Shown here: positions 33,057 through 44,245 of the stretch, one piece after another
Position numbering within the stretch: the first letter of the stretch is position 1
Layout of the letters: each line of letters opens with the position of its first letter
Source of the DNA: Bacilli bacterium
GTDB lineage: Bacteria > Bacillota_I > Bacilli_A > RFN20 > UBA1709
Length of the DNA stretch: 64,000 nucleotides
Assembly: GCA_050949315.1 (NCBI GenBank)
Contig: JBMNFL010000001.1
Coordinates: 736,001 to 800,000 of the forward strand
Direction of reading: 5' to 3'
Notes under the pieces: model-generated
What the model was told of the DNA's origin: nothing
The model's input: the letters and a program-made list of their open reading frames with translations, nothing else
Databases searched by the model: none
Position numbers and translations under genes: made by a program

Positions 33057-34352
33057 ATGAAAGAAAAGCTAAAAGCTTATGTTGCAAACACCAATAACAG
33101 AGTATTTATTTTTTTATGCACATATTTATTAGTGCTTTTTGTTTTTGGTCTTTGTGTCACGCCACTTAAAGATATCATTTCGGGCTTGTGGACTATTATA
33201 GAAACACCTGACATTTTGATGACCGATTACTTCAGTATAGCCTCGGTTGGCGCGGCTTTTGTCAATTCGGCCATCTTATCATTTTTAATGATGATGATAA
33301 TTAAGAGGTGTAAGGTTCCCTTTACTGGCGTAACAATCGCCGTTGTGGGGATTGTTTCTGGCTTTGCCTTGTTTGGCAAAAACCTTTCAAATGTTTGGCC
33401 AATTATTATTGGTGCGTTTCTCTATGCAAAAGTAAGAAGAGAAAAGTTTAGCAAATATGTAAACACCGCGATTTTTGGGACAACCATGTCTCCTTTGATT
33501 TCGGAGCTATTTCTACATAAAGGCTGGCCACCAGCTTTGTCGATCTCGCTAGCTTTTGTTGTTGGTCTAGCTATTGGGTTTATTTTGGTTCCTATGGCCA
33601 GTATGACAATGAATATTCACAAAGGATATGTTTTATATAATGTGGGTATTGCAGCAGGTTGTATTTTGGTCTTAGTTGTTGGTATTTTAAATGTATTAGG
33701 TTTTGAATATACCAAACACTTTTATTATTCTTCAGAACACACAACGATGATGTTGATCTTTCTTTTGGCTCTAAGTGTTGCTATGATTTTGATAGGGATA
33801 ATAATTGACAAAAAAGCCTTAATTGATGGAATTAAACTTAGTCAGTATTCGGGCCGTTCAATTACTGATTATGTGTTGCGGGAAGGCTTGCCAGCCACTA
33901 TGGTTAATATGGGTTTGTTAGGTCTTATCTCTACCCTATATGTCTACTTTGTTGGGGCGCCACTTAATGGCGCGACCGTTGGCGCTATTTTAGTAGTTAT
34001 TACTTTTGGAGCACTCGGTAAAAACGTCCGAAATGTTCTTTATATTTATGCTGGAGGCCTAATTGGGCATTTATGTGGTTTTTGGAATTATGCTACCGAT
34101 TGCACGGCAATTGTTGGTATTCTTTTCGCCACAGGAATAGCGCCGCTTGGCGGACAATACGGCTGGTTTGTTGGTATGCTCGCAGGATTTATCCACATCT
34201 TTGTGGTTAAAAATGCCGCGCAGCTACATATGGGGTTAACCCTTTATTCCAACGGCTTTGCCGAATTGTTTGATGCCGTTTTGCTCTTACCAGTAATCGA
34301 AGGCCTACAAGGTGCAGTAAAACGTTTTAGAAGGGAGAAGAAAAATGAATGA
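33057..34352 (+). CDS. DUF1576-like polytopic membrane protein
   Basis: Internally duplicated hydrophobic protein with TDYF / GFALFGKN / GALGKN and LYNxG / LYSNGF motifs. Confidence 0.75.
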   Translation: MKEKLKAYVANTNNRVFIFLCTYLLVLFVFGLCVTPLKDIISGLWTIIETPDILMTDYFSIASVGAAFVNSAILSFLMMMIIKRCKVPFTGVTIAVVGIVSGFALFGKNLSNVWPIIIGAFLYAKVRREKFSKYVNTAIFGTTMSPLISELFLHKGWPPALSISLAFVVGLAIGFILVPMASMTMNIHKGYVLYNVGIAAGCILVLVVGILNVLGFEYTKHFYYSSEHTTMMLIFLLALSVAMILIGIIIDKKALIDGIKLSQYSGRSITDYVLREGLPATMVNMGLLGLISTLYVYFVGAPLNGATVGAILVVITFGALGKNVRNVLYIYAGGLIGHLCGFWNYATDCTAIVGILFATGIAPLGGQYGWFVGMLAGFIHIFVVKNAAQLHMGLTLYSNGFAELFDAVLLLPVIEGLQGAVKRFRREKKNE

Positions 34353-34704
34353 GGGCCAAAAGAAGATTTTAAAAATCATTGACGCGATGTATTCTTATTG
34401 TGTTTTTGTTGGAGCAACAGATGTGGCTATTCGAACAAGAAAAGAAGGCAATTTTTATATTGTACTTATAGATAGCGATTTTTCCGAACGCTATTTAAAG
34501 AAATATATTAGTAAGTTGGAAAGAATTCTTAATCAACCAAAGGATCCAACAATTGAACAAATGTATTGGAATATGATTGGTAGCAGTAAGTTTCAGGATG
34601 ACAACGATATTTATGTTGTGGGAAGCATGGTTGACACAGCAGAAGTTAAAATTGAAGGGAATCATCTAAACATAGTTCTTACCAAAAAATATGAAGGTAA
34701 ATAA
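34345..34704 (+). CDS. Hypothetical soluble protein, coupled to the DUF1576-like gene
   Basis: 119 aa ORF overlapping the upstream stop, with an AGGGAG SD. Confidence 0.75.
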   Translation: MNEGQKKILKIIDAMYSYCVFVGATDVAIRTRKEGNFYIVLIDSDFSERYLKKYISKLERILNQPKDPTIEQMYWNMIGSSKFQDDNDIYVVGSMVDTAEVKIEGNHLNIVLTKKYEGK

Positions 34705-34723
34705 GATTTAGTCCATTTTAATT

Positions 34724-35467
34724 ATGAAAAGAAGATATTCTCCAACCAAAGATAATAACAAGTTGCCAAGAGGACACCTTGCTTACCTTTTGGCGTATAT
34801 CTTTTTTTGGCTTAAAGGGCCGCGTTATAAAGTAGAGTATCACGAACAAATGTCTAGTGACGAATATCGTGTTATTATCAGCAACCATTGTCAAATTTAT
34901 GGTCCTGTTGCCTATTGTTTGAGTTTGAGTCGCAAAATGCGCATTTGGGGAACCCATGAAATGCTTTATATAAAAGAGTTTCCAGATTATGCTATGAAAG
35001 ATTTTTTCCCTAACACCAAACACCCCAAACTCATGCGTTTTGTTTGTAAAACCTTAGCACCCCTAGTAACTTGGGTTTGTCGAGGGGCCCCCTTTATACC
35101 GGTATATAGAGATACCCGCATCATGACGACCTTACATAAAAGTCTTGAAAGTTTAGAAGATGGGAAAATGGTTGTCATCTTAGCGGAAGAACCAAGGCGT
35201 TATGATAAATATGTCAACGAATTAAATGAAGGCTTTGTTAATTTGGCAACTTATGTTTATCGTCAAAGCGGAAAAGAAATAATCTTTCATCCAGCTTATG
35301 TGGCCCCCAAACTTGGGCGCATAGTCATTGGGGAAGGAATTAAATATTTCCCAGAAATGGAAAATAATAATCAAAAAAAAGAATTAGTGTTGCGAATTCG
35401 TGACGAAATCAGTAGACTAGGAGCATCTCTACCAGAACACAAAGTGATTAATTTCCACGACTATTAA
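34724..35467 (+). CDS. Acyltransferase-fold protein (PlsC superfamily, variant motif)
   Basis: SNHCQIYGP, FIPVYRD, VILAE, GFV, P.Y motifs. Confidence 0.7.
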   Translation: MKRRYSPTKDNNKLPRGHLAYLLAYIFFWLKGPRYKVEYHEQMSSDEYRVIISNHCQIYGPVAYCLSLSRKMRIWGTHEMLYIKEFPDYAMKDFFPNTKHPKLMRFVCKTLAPLVTWVCRGAPFIPVYRDTRIMTTLHKSLESLEDGKMVVILAEEPRRYDKYVNELNEGFVNLATYVYRQSGKEIIFHPAYVAPKLGRIVIGEGIKYFPEMENNNQKKELVLRIRDEISRLGASLPEHKVINFHDY

Positions 35468-35532
35468 AAGTAATGATTTTTAAGTAAAGGTATGGTATGA
35501 TGTTTAGTGCAAATAAAACGGAGGAATAAATT

Positions 35533-36273
35533 ATGAGCGAAGAACAAAAAGAAAACAAAACTGAAAATATAGATTCAAAAGAGCAAAAAGAGGTTGTTGA
35601 GGCTGAACTAGTTGAGGCCGAAGTTGTGAGCCCCAAAGAAGTCCAAGAACCAATAGAGGTTGAGGAAGTAAGCGATCCGGGAATCACAAGAACAATGAAC
35701 ATTTCAGAAGCGACCTATGTTGAGTTTTTCAACCGCAACGGTATGAGAGGACAATTAAAAACTTCAATCTATTTAATTATTGTTGTTTGGATTGTTTTAT
35801 ATTTATTAAGAGGCGAAATGACCGTTCAACAATATCTTTTAAATGGCGCCATCTATACCGCAGCCTTTTTAGCTATCTCTATTGGGGTCACCTTTTTAAC
35901 TTCAAGAGTTTTAGTTAGAAGGAACTATAAAAAGTCAAATCTAGGTAGTTTACAAATTGAAGTTAGGTTTAACAACCAAGGAATCACCCAATCAATTCAA
36001 GATCAGTCGGCGCGCACCAGCTGGGAAGAAATTAGTAAAGTTGACGAAACAGACATCTCTTTATTTTTCTATTCAGGAAGAAGAGCCATTATCCTTTCCA
36101 AAGATCAACTGCAGTTCGGCGACATTGATTTTATTAGAGGTTTAGCTAAGTCTCATCTTGGTGAAGACGCTTATCATGTTGTCGGCGCCAAGAAAACAGC
36201 CGATAGCTGTAGCGCCCACACTTTTAAAGAAGATAAAAAAGATCATAAAGATTATGATGACGAAATAAAATAA
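35533..36273 (+). CDS. YcxB-like membrane protein
   Basis: Acidic N-terminus, two TM helices, C-terminal W..I.KV.ET...F.Y.....IILSK pattern. Confidence 0.6.
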   Translation: MSEEQKENKTENIDSKEQKEVVEAELVEAEVVSPKEVQEPIEVEEVSDPGITRTMNISEATYVEFFNRNGMRGQLKTSIYLIIVVWIVLYLLRGEMTVQQYLLNGAIYTAAFLAISIGVTFLTSRVLVRRNYKKSNLGSLQIEVRFNNQGITQSIQDQSARTSWEEISKVDETDISLFFYSGRRAIILSKDQLQFGDIDFIRGLAKSHLGEDAYHVVGAKKTADSCSAHTFKEDKKDHKDYDDEIK

Positions 36274-36275
36274 AA

Positions 36276-36890
36276 TTAAGTTTTTCGTGAAAATTTACAG
36301 CCACAAAAGAGTTGCTGGTACAAATCATATTTTTTAGTTAAGGCGAGTCCAAGTTCTTGGCCGCCTTTTTTCTTGAAATTATGAACGATAAATTTAGTCC
36401 AAGGATATTTAGTTTGAAAACTCAAACCAAGTTGATTAACCATCTGTTCGTCTTTTTGACGACTCATGCTCATTGTTGAAGTAAAGTAGTCAAAGTGATT
36501 AATAAAAGCATAGTGAAAGGCGTCTTTCATTCGTAAGGCGATACAATAACGACAACGTAAGCCGCCTTCACGGTCAAAGGCGCGTTTTTCAAGTTTTTGG
36601 CTATATTCTTCACCGGTATAAGGACATTTAATAAGTTTAATCTCGTTTTCGCTTTGTTTATTTAAAATATCAATATACTTTTTAAGATTAATAAAGCGTT
36701 TTTCATATTCTTCTAAAGGATAGATATTAGAATTATTGTAATAAACGGTAATATTAAAAATCTTGTTTAATAACTGCAAGGGATAAGTTGAGCAAGGACC
36801 ACAACAGGCGTGCAAAAGCAAACTTGGCCTAAAGGGCAAGCGCCTAACTTGTTCTAATAATTCTTCGCCTAATTTGTAACTTTTAATCAT
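36276..36890 (-). CDS. queH: Epoxyqueuosine reductase QueH
   Basis: LLHACCGPCS, NSNIYP..EY, EGGLRCRYC, YQQLFCGC. Confidence 0.93.
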   Translation of the reverse strand: MIKSYKLGEELLEQVRRLPFRPSLLLHACCGPCSTYPLQLLNKIFNITVYYNNSNIYPLEEYEKRFINLKKYIDILNKQSENEIKLIKCPYTGEEYSQKLEKRAFDREGGLRCRYCIALRMKDAFHYAFINHFDYFTSTMSMSRQKDEQMVNQLGLSFQTKYPWTKFIVHNFKKKGGQELGLALTKKYDLYQQLFCGCKFSRKT

Positions 36891-37912
36891 AAAATTAACA
36901 TACTATCGCCAAACGAGAAAAAGCGATACCTTTCTTTGACGGCTTCTAAATAAGCTTGTTTAGTAAATTCTTGTCCTGCAAAAGCCGATACTAACATAAT
37001 AAGGGTAGATTTTGGTAAATGAAAATTGGTAACAAGCGCGGTAATGGTTTTAAACTGATAACCAGGATAAATAAAGATATTAGTTCTACTGCTTTCGCTT
37101 TGAAAATGACCAAATTTATTAAAATTCGCTTCTAAAGTTCGAACAGATGTTGTTCCAACAGCAATAATTCTTCGTTTTTCTTTGTAAGCCTTATTTAAGG
37201 AAGCGACAGCTTGTTCATCAATAAAATAATATTCTTCATGCATGTTGTGTTTTTCAATTTCTTCTTCATCAACGGGACGAAAGGTTCCTAAACCCACATG
37301 CAAGGTAATATCTACAATTTCTACGCCTTTGTTTTTAAGTTGAATAAAGATTTCTTCGTTAAAGTGAAAACCGGCGGTTGGGGCGGCGGCGCTACCATTA
37401 ATTTTGGCATAAATGGTTTGATAACGCTCTTTGTCTTCTAGTTTCTTTTTGATATATGGCGGCAGCGGCATTTGGCCAAGTTTATCAAGCAGTTCATAGA
37501 AAATTCCTTGGTAAGACATTTTAAATAAGCGGATACCCTCGTCTTTAACTTCTAAGCACTCAGCCTTTAAAAGACCATTAGAAAACTCAACAACTGTCCC
37601 TAGCTTAATTACTCTAGCATTACCCACTAAACACTCCCAAATATCTTCGCTTGTTTGTCTTAAAAGCAAGACCTCAACTTTAGCACCAGTTTCTTTTTTG
37701 ATACCAAATAAGCGGGCGGGGATTACCCGGGTGTTATTTCTAACCAAAACATCGCCCTTTTTAAAATATTCAATAATATCTTTGAAGTGCCGGTGTTCAA
37801 TAGAAGCCTCCTGGCGTTTTAAAACTAAAAGCCGCGAGGAAGAACGGTCCAGCAAGGGGCTTTGAGCAATCAATTCTTTTGGTAAGTAATAATCAAAATC
37901 ATCAGTGCGCAT
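36887..37912 (-). CDS. queA: SAM:tRNA ribosyltransferase-isomerase
   Basis: LIAQSP, MPLPPYI, AAPTAGFHF, LHVGLGTF, TNFHLPKSTL, YRFFSFGD. Confidence 0.98.
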   Translation of the reverse strand: MRTDDFDYYLPKELIAQSPLLDRSSSRLLVLKRQEASIEHRHFKDIIEYFKKGDVLVRNNTRVIPARLFGIKKETGAKVEVLLLRQTSEDIWECLVGNARVIKLGTVVEFSNGLLKAECLEVKDEGIRLFKMSYQGIFYELLDKLGQMPLPPYIKKKLEDKERYQTIYAKINGSAAAPTAGFHFNEEIFIQLKNKGVEIVDITLHVGLGTFRPVDEEEIEKHNMHEEYYFIDEQAVASLNKAYKEKRRIIAVGTTSVRTLEANFNKFGHFQSESSRTNIFIYPGYQFKTITALVTNFHLPKSTLIMLVSAFAGQEFTKQAYLEAVKERYRFFSFGDSMLIL

Positions 37913-37913
37913 T

Positions 37914-39122
<1,209 letters not shown>

Positions 39123-39156
39123 CTAATATTTACGTATTTAAAAGGTGGAAAGAAAA

Positions 39157-39522
39157 ATGATAAATGAAAAATCAATGATTCAAATCGCTTATGAAATCTT
39201 AAAAAAGAAAAAGAAGCCTTTAGCTTTTAACAAATTATGGGAAGAGGTCTGTAAGGCCGCCAAAATAGAAAAAAGCGCAATTGAAGAACTCATTTCCTCG
39301 TTCTATACAGATCTAACGCTAGATGGGAGAATTGTAACTTTGGGCGAAAACGTCTGGGATTTACGCGAAAGAAACACCTATGATAAAGTTCATATCGACA
39401 TGAACGAAGTCTATGCGATTGATGAAGAGGAAGAAAAAGACGAAGATGATGAAAAAGAACTCGGCGAAGAAGAAATCGATGAAGAAGAAGAGGAAGAAGA
39501 TGAAGACAGCGATAATTATTAA
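39157..39522 (+). CDS. rpoE: RNA polymerase delta subunit
   Basis: SMIQIAYEIL, FYTDLTLDGR...WDLR, acidic tail. Confidence 0.92.
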   Translation: MINEKSMIQIAYEILKKKKKPLAFNKLWEEVCKAAKIEKSAIEELISSFYTDLTLDGRIVTLGENVWDLRERNTYDKVHIDMNEVYAIDEEEEKDEDDEKELGEEEIDEEEEEEDEDSDNY

Positions 39523-39552
39523 TAAAAAAACATTTTGAGAAGAGGTGGGGAA

Positions 39553-41256
39553 ATGTTGAAATTTAGTGAATATGTTTATGAAGAACTCAATATTGAAGAA
39601 ATTGAGCAAGAAATTAGGGCTTTAATTATTAAACTAAAGGAAGCCAAAAAACCAAGAGAAGTTTATAAAAATATAGATGCCATTACCGAGGTTAGAATTA
39701 AAGTTGAAACCAACTTTAGTTTGGGCAACGTGCGTTTTACTTTAAATACTGCTGATGAGTATTATGTTAAACAAATGGATTTCCTTGATGAAATTTCACC
39801 GCGTTATGAGGCCTTAGTCAATGAGTTTTATCAAGTCTTATTAGAGAGTCCTTTTAAAGAACAGATTGATAAACACTACGGTCCGGTTTTATTAAAATGC
39901 GCCGAAGTGAGTTTAAAAGCCTTTGATCCCAAAATCATGCCCGAGTTAATTGAAGATAATAAATTAAAGAGCCGTTATAGCAAACTTTTAGCTGGGGCTA
40001 AAATTAGATTTAAAGGTAAAACTTATAATCTCTCAGCAATGGGCAAATTTTTATCGGATACCGATCGCCGAACAAGAGCGGCAGCCAGTAAGGCTTACTA
40101 TAAGTGGTTCGCAGAAAATTTATCAGAGCTTGATGAAATATATGATAAGATGGTTCATTTACGCGACACCATGGCTAAAAAACTTGGTTACAAGAATTAT
40201 GTAGAACTAGGTTATTTAAGGCTAGGACGCGTTGATTATGGTCCTGAAGAAGTCAAGGCTTATCGAGATCAGGTCTACCACGATTTAGTCCCGTTTACAA
40301 AAAAACTTTTTAGAAAGCAGGCTAAGCGTTTAGGAATTAAGGGTATTAAATACTATGATTACCCTCTTAAATTCTTAAGTGGTAATGCTAGACCCATAGG
40401 CGATAAAGATTACTTAGTTAACGTTGCTAAAAAGATGTACGAAGAAATGTCTCCTGAAACTGGCGAATTTTTCAATTTTATGTTAGATTGTGAACTCTTA
40501 GATTTAGATACACGACCAAATAAAGCCGGCGGTGGCTATACTACAACCTTCCCCGCCTATCGGGCGCCTTTTATTTTTGCAAACTTTAATGGCACCAGTG
40601 GCGATGTTGATGTTTTAACTCATGAAGCAGGCCACGCGTTTATGGCTTATCAATGTCGCGACTTTAAACTTTTAGAAACAGTTTGGCCAACCTACGAGGC
40701 CTGTGAAATTCATTCAATGAGCATGGAGTTTTTCGCTTATCCTTGGACCGAGGGCTTCTTTGGTGAGGCAAACGACAAATACCACTTCTCACACGTAGAA
40801 GGTGAAATAACCTTTATTCCTTATGGTGTAGCGGTAGACGAGTTCCAAGAATATATTTATGAAAATCCTAACATCAGCCCAGTTGAAAGAAGAGCCAAAT
40901 GGCGGGAAATCGAAAAGAAATATTTACCACATTTAAAATATACTGGGAACGAGTTTTTAGAAAACGGTGGTTTTTGGATGAGACAACGCCACATCTATGA
41001 AAGCCCCTTCTACTATATTGATTACACCATTGCACAAGTTCTAGCTTTTCAGTTTTTCAATCTTGATCGTTTAAACCACCAGGATGCCTGGGAACGTTAT
41101 TTGGCCTTGTGTAACTTAGGGGGCAGCAAAAGTTTTCTCTCATTGCTTAAAGATCGGCGCGTTCGCCTCGTCTCTCCCTTTAAAAAAGGCTGTATTAAAA
41201 GGGTCGTTAAACCCTTAAAAGAATACTTAACTCAATTTGACGATAGCACGATGTAA
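39553..41256 (+). CDS. M3 family oligoendopeptidase
   Basis: KAGGGY, FANFNGT, HEAGH, EIHSMSMEF, PFYYIDY. Confidence 0.93.
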   Translation: MLKFSEYVYEELNIEEIEQEIRALIIKLKEAKKPREVYKNIDAITEVRIKVETNFSLGNVRFTLNTADEYYVKQMDFLDEISPRYEALVNEFYQVLLESPFKEQIDKHYGPVLLKCAEVSLKAFDPKIMPELIEDNKLKSRYSKLLAGAKIRFKGKTYNLSAMGKFLSDTDRRTRAAASKAYYKWFAENLSELDEIYDKMVHLRDTMAKKLGYKNYVELGYLRLGRVDYGPEEVKAYRDQVYHDLVPFTKKLFRKQAKRLGIKGIKYYDYPLKFLSGNARPIGDKDYLVNVAKKMYEEMSPETGEFFNFMLDCELLDLDTRPNKAGGGYTTTFPAYRAPFIFANFNGTSGDVDVLTHEAGHAFMAYQCRDFKLLETVWPTYEACEIHSMSMEFFAYPWTEGFFGEANDKYHFSHVEGEITFIPYGVAVDEFQEYIYENPNISPVERRAKWREIEKKYLPHLKYTGNEFLENGGFWMRQRHIYESPFYYIDYTIAQVLAFQFFNLDRLNHQDAWERYLALCNLGGSKSFLSLLKDRRVRLVSPFKKGCIKRVVKPLKEYLTQFDDSTM

Positions 41257-41286
41257 AAAAATGGAACCAACTAAATGGTTCCATTT
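41255..41286. terminator. Terminator hairpin between convergent genes
   Basis: AAATGGAACCA-N6-TGGTTCCATTT flanked by A/T runs. Confidence 0.8.
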
Positions 41287-41289
41287 AAT

Positions 41290-42633
41290 TTATTTATCAA
41301 AAGCTCCGTTTTTCGAGTGTGGAAGTATGGCGTTAAGAATAATACCAACAATCATTGATAAAGCCGCGGTTGAGAATTTACCTTGGCTACCAATCATAAT
41401 AACCGCCCCACCAAGACCGATGACTAACATAACTGAAATAATAATCAAGTTTCTAGTTTCGGTCATGTCAACTTTAGAATCAACCAAGGTCTTTAGGCCG
41501 TTAGCAGCGATAAAACCATAGAGGATTAAACAAACTCCGCCCATTACTGGACCAGGGATTGTTCCAATCAAAGTGTCAAAAAGATTAAAGAAAGATAATA
41601 GAATAGCAATTACAGCAGCACCGCCGGTGACCCAGACAGAGCCAACTCTTGTGATGCCGACAACCGAAGTATTTTCGCCGTAGCTAGTATTGGCTGGACC
41701 ACCAATAAGACCAGCGAAAGAAGTTGCTAAACCATCGCCGAGTAAGGTCCGGTGTAGGCCAGGATCAACCATATAATCTTTACCGGTAATTCTTCCTAAT
41801 ACTTGGTGATCGCCAAGGTGTTCGGAGATCGTAGCGAAAGCTAGAGGAATGACGCTGACTGTGGCTGCGAAATTAAATTTAACCACTGAAAGACCAAGCC
41901 CTATATCTCTGTTTTCGAAACCCAAGAACACAAACTTCGGTAAAGAGAACCATTGGGCAGGATCTTTTGCGACATTAACAAAGCCTTCAAGAAGGTTAAC
42001 ATCACCATTCATAAACAATCCTTGACCACCACAGAAATAGACGATTAAGGATAGAATATAACCGGCAACAATTCCAAGCAAGAAGGGGATAACTTGGAAG
42101 AATCCTTTTGCTCTAATCGCCAGAAAAGCAACAACGAGCATGGTAAAAACAGCGACCACTATTGAATACCAACTCCCGCCTTCAATGAGGCCAGATTGAG
42201 CGACGGCCACACTTGATAAGGATAAACCAATAACCATAATCATTGGGCCGATAACAATAGGGGGTAGAAGCTTTTTAAGCCAGCCGGTTCCAACTAACTT
42301 AATAACTAAGGCGACAATACAGTAAATAATACCTACAATAACAATACCAGTTAAAGCTGCCCCAAAATCACCTGTCATCGCCGCTGCTGCAATGATGTAG
42401 GAGATGTAGGCAAAGCTTGAACCTAAATAGATGGGAACCTTTCCTTTAGTACAAAGGATGTAGATTAAAGTTCCAACACCTGAAGAAAAGAGCGCTACAG
42501 AAATCGGTAGACCTGTAAGCATGGGGACTAGAACGGTAGCCGAGAACATGGCAAAGACATGCTGGAAAGACAGCAACAGCCATAATCCCTTTTTGGGCTT
42601 TTCGTTGTAGTCAAATAATAGTTTTTTGTCCAT
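41290..42633 (-). CDS. uraA: Uracil permease (NCS2/NAT family, UraA/PyrP-like)
   Basis: QHVFAMF, YLGSSFAY, EHLGD, GPANTSYGEN. Confidence 0.85.
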   Translation of the reverse strand: MDKKLLFDYNEKPKKGLWLLLSFQHVFAMFSATVLVPMLTGLPISVALFSSGVGTLIYILCTKGKVPIYLGSSFAYISYIIAAAAMTGDFGAALTGIVIVGIIYCIVALVIKLVGTGWLKKLLPPIVIGPMIMVIGLSLSSVAVAQSGLIEGGSWYSIVVAVFTMLVVAFLAIRAKGFFQVIPFLLGIVAGYILSLIVYFCGGQGLFMNGDVNLLEGFVNVAKDPAQWFSLPKFVFLGFENRDIGLGLSVVKFNFAATVSVIPLAFATISEHLGDHQVLGRITGKDYMVDPGLHRTLLGDGLATSFAGLIGGPANTSYGENTSVVGITRVGSVWVTGGAAVIAILLSFFNLFDTLIGTIPGPVMGGVCLILYGFIAANGLKTLVDSKVDMTETRNLIIISVMLVIGLGGAVIMIGSQGKFSTAALSMIVGIILNAILPHSKNGAFDK

Positions 42634-42655
42634 ATAGAGACCTCCTTAAATCTAT

Positions 42656-42684
42656 ATAAAAATAAAGGGCTGAAAGCCCTTTAT
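42656..42684 (-). terminator. Terminator hairpin between the purine and uracil permease genes
   Basis: ATAAAGGGCT-TTC-AGCCCTTTAT followed by TTTT on the minus strand. Confidence 0.75.
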
Positions 42685-42686
42685 AA

Positions 42687-44096
42687 TTACATCTTAACGA
42701 ATACGAATTTCAAGATTGCTAATATCGCAATCCCTGTGACAACAAGATCTTTCTTATTGTATTTACCAGTTAGTAATCTCAATAAAACATAGGTAATAGC
42801 ACCCACCATAATGCCATTACTAATAGAATAGGTTAAAGGCATAATGGCTAGAGTCATAAATGCGGTCGCCGCATTAGTGATGTCGGTGAAGTCCACATTA
42901 GTAATGTTTTTGATCATCAAGATACCGACATAGATTAAAGCGGGCGCAGTTGCCGCGGTTGGGACGTATTGAGCAACGGGGGCAACAAACAAGCAAAGCA
43001 AGAAAAGGATAGAAGTGACAACACTAGCAAGTCCAGTTCTAGCCCCTGATGCAACACCGCTTGCCGACTCAACGAAAGTAGTGATAGTTGATGTACCAGT
43101 TACTGCACCAGCAACAGTACCGATAGCATCAGAAAGCATAATTTCTTGTAAATTTTGGGGATCACCATTCTCGTCCACTAAACCAGCTTCAGTGGCGGTG
43201 CCATAAACAGTACCTAAGGTGTCGAAAATATCAACTAAACAATAGGTAATGACTAACATGATAACAGAGAATACTGAACCAATAGTTACGCCGTCAAAGG
43301 CTTTGCCAAATTTTAAATTGAAAAGCCCGTGTTTTGCCCAGTCGCTGAAGACAGTACCAACTGAAGTTTTTACGATGGCTTCGCTATCAAATAGCCCAAA
43401 AGCATAAAAGCAAGCCGTAGCTACTAAAATGCCAAGAATAACAGCGCTACTTCTTAACCAAGAAATCTTGGATTTAGCAAGAACAACAATAACAACTAAG
43501 CCAATAAAGGCTACAAGAGCAGGGGCAGCGCTTTTCCAAGTGCTGAAATCAGTAAGTGCTACAAAAGTATAGGGGTTACCGACAACGATTCCCGAATTTG
43601 CAAAACCGATAAGAGCGATGAATAGACCGATACCAGCGGGAATAGCACATTTCAAGCTCGTTGGCAAGGAGGTGGCGATGTGTTTTCTTACTCCAGTAAT
43701 AGACAAGATTAAGAAAATGATACCTGAGATAAGAATGACAGCTAAGCCAGCACCATAGCCATCAAAAACTGAATGACCTCCAATAAGACATGGTAGAATA
43801 AACGAAACAAAAAAGAATGAGTTCAATCCCATTCCCGCCGCGAGGGCAAAAGGTTTGTTGGCTAAAAAAGCCATACATAGAGTCGCGATAACAGCCGCAA
43901 GGATACCACCGACAAAGCAAGCGTTCCAAATACCCCATATGCCAGGGACATCAAAACTGAAACCAATCATTTGATTAGGATTTACAATAATGATGTAGCA
44001 CATTGCGAAGAAAGTGGTTAAACCTCCAACAATTTCGGCTCTAACTGTGGTGTGGTTTTCTTCTAGTTTGAAAACCCTGTTAAGAAAATTGTACAT
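42687..44096 (-). CDS. Guanine/hypoxanthine permease (AzgA/PbuG-like NCS2)
   Basis: EIVGGLTTFFAMCYIIIVNP, GMGLNSFF, DIFDTLGT, TFVESASGV..GARTGL; purine riboswitch upstream. Confidence 0.9.
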   Translation of the reverse strand: MYNFLNRVFKLEENHTTVRAEIVGGLTTFFAMCYIIIVNPNQMIGFSFDVPGIWGIWNACFVGGILAAVIATLCMAFLANKPFALAAGMGLNSFFFVSFILPCLIGGHSVFDGYGAGLAVILISGIIFLILSITGVRKHIATSLPTSLKCAIPAGIGLFIALIGFANSGIVVGNPYTFVALTDFSTWKSAAPALVAFIGLVVIVVLAKSKISWLRSSAVILGILVATACFYAFGLFDSEAIVKTSVGTVFSDWAKHGLFNLKFGKAFDGVTIGSVFSVIMLVITYCLVDIFDTLGTVYGTATEAGLVDENGDPQNLQEIMLSDAIGTVAGAVTGTSTITTFVESASGVASGARTGLASVVTSILFLLCLFVAPVAQYVPTAATAPALIYVGILMIKNITNVDFTDITNAATAFMTLAIMPLTYSISNGIMVGAITYVLLRLLTGKYNKKDLVVTGIAILAILKFVFVKM

Positions 44097-44169
44097 TGGG
44101 TCCTCCTTTTTTCTTATACCGAAGTTAAAGTCGTGTGGATAACGTTGAAGGCGCGCTGGAAAACGCTTT

Positions 44170-44245
44170 TAGTAATCGTAGTCTCGTCATTATACGGTGA
44201 CGAGGTAGAGACACCCGGACCAATTACCAGGCTTATACGACCCTA
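44170..44245 (-). ncRNA. Purine (guanine-type) riboswitch aptamer
   Basis: GUCGUA-UAA-GCCUGG-UAAUUGGU-CCGGGU-GUCUCUAC-CUCGUCA-CCGUAUAA-UGACGAG-AC-UACGAU; U47, U51 and C74 equivalents present; TATAAT at 44260-44265. Confidence 0.93.

Noticed and set aside
39420-39515. GAA/GAT-rich repeat-like tract
   Set aside because: It encodes the normal acidic tail of RNA polymerase delta.
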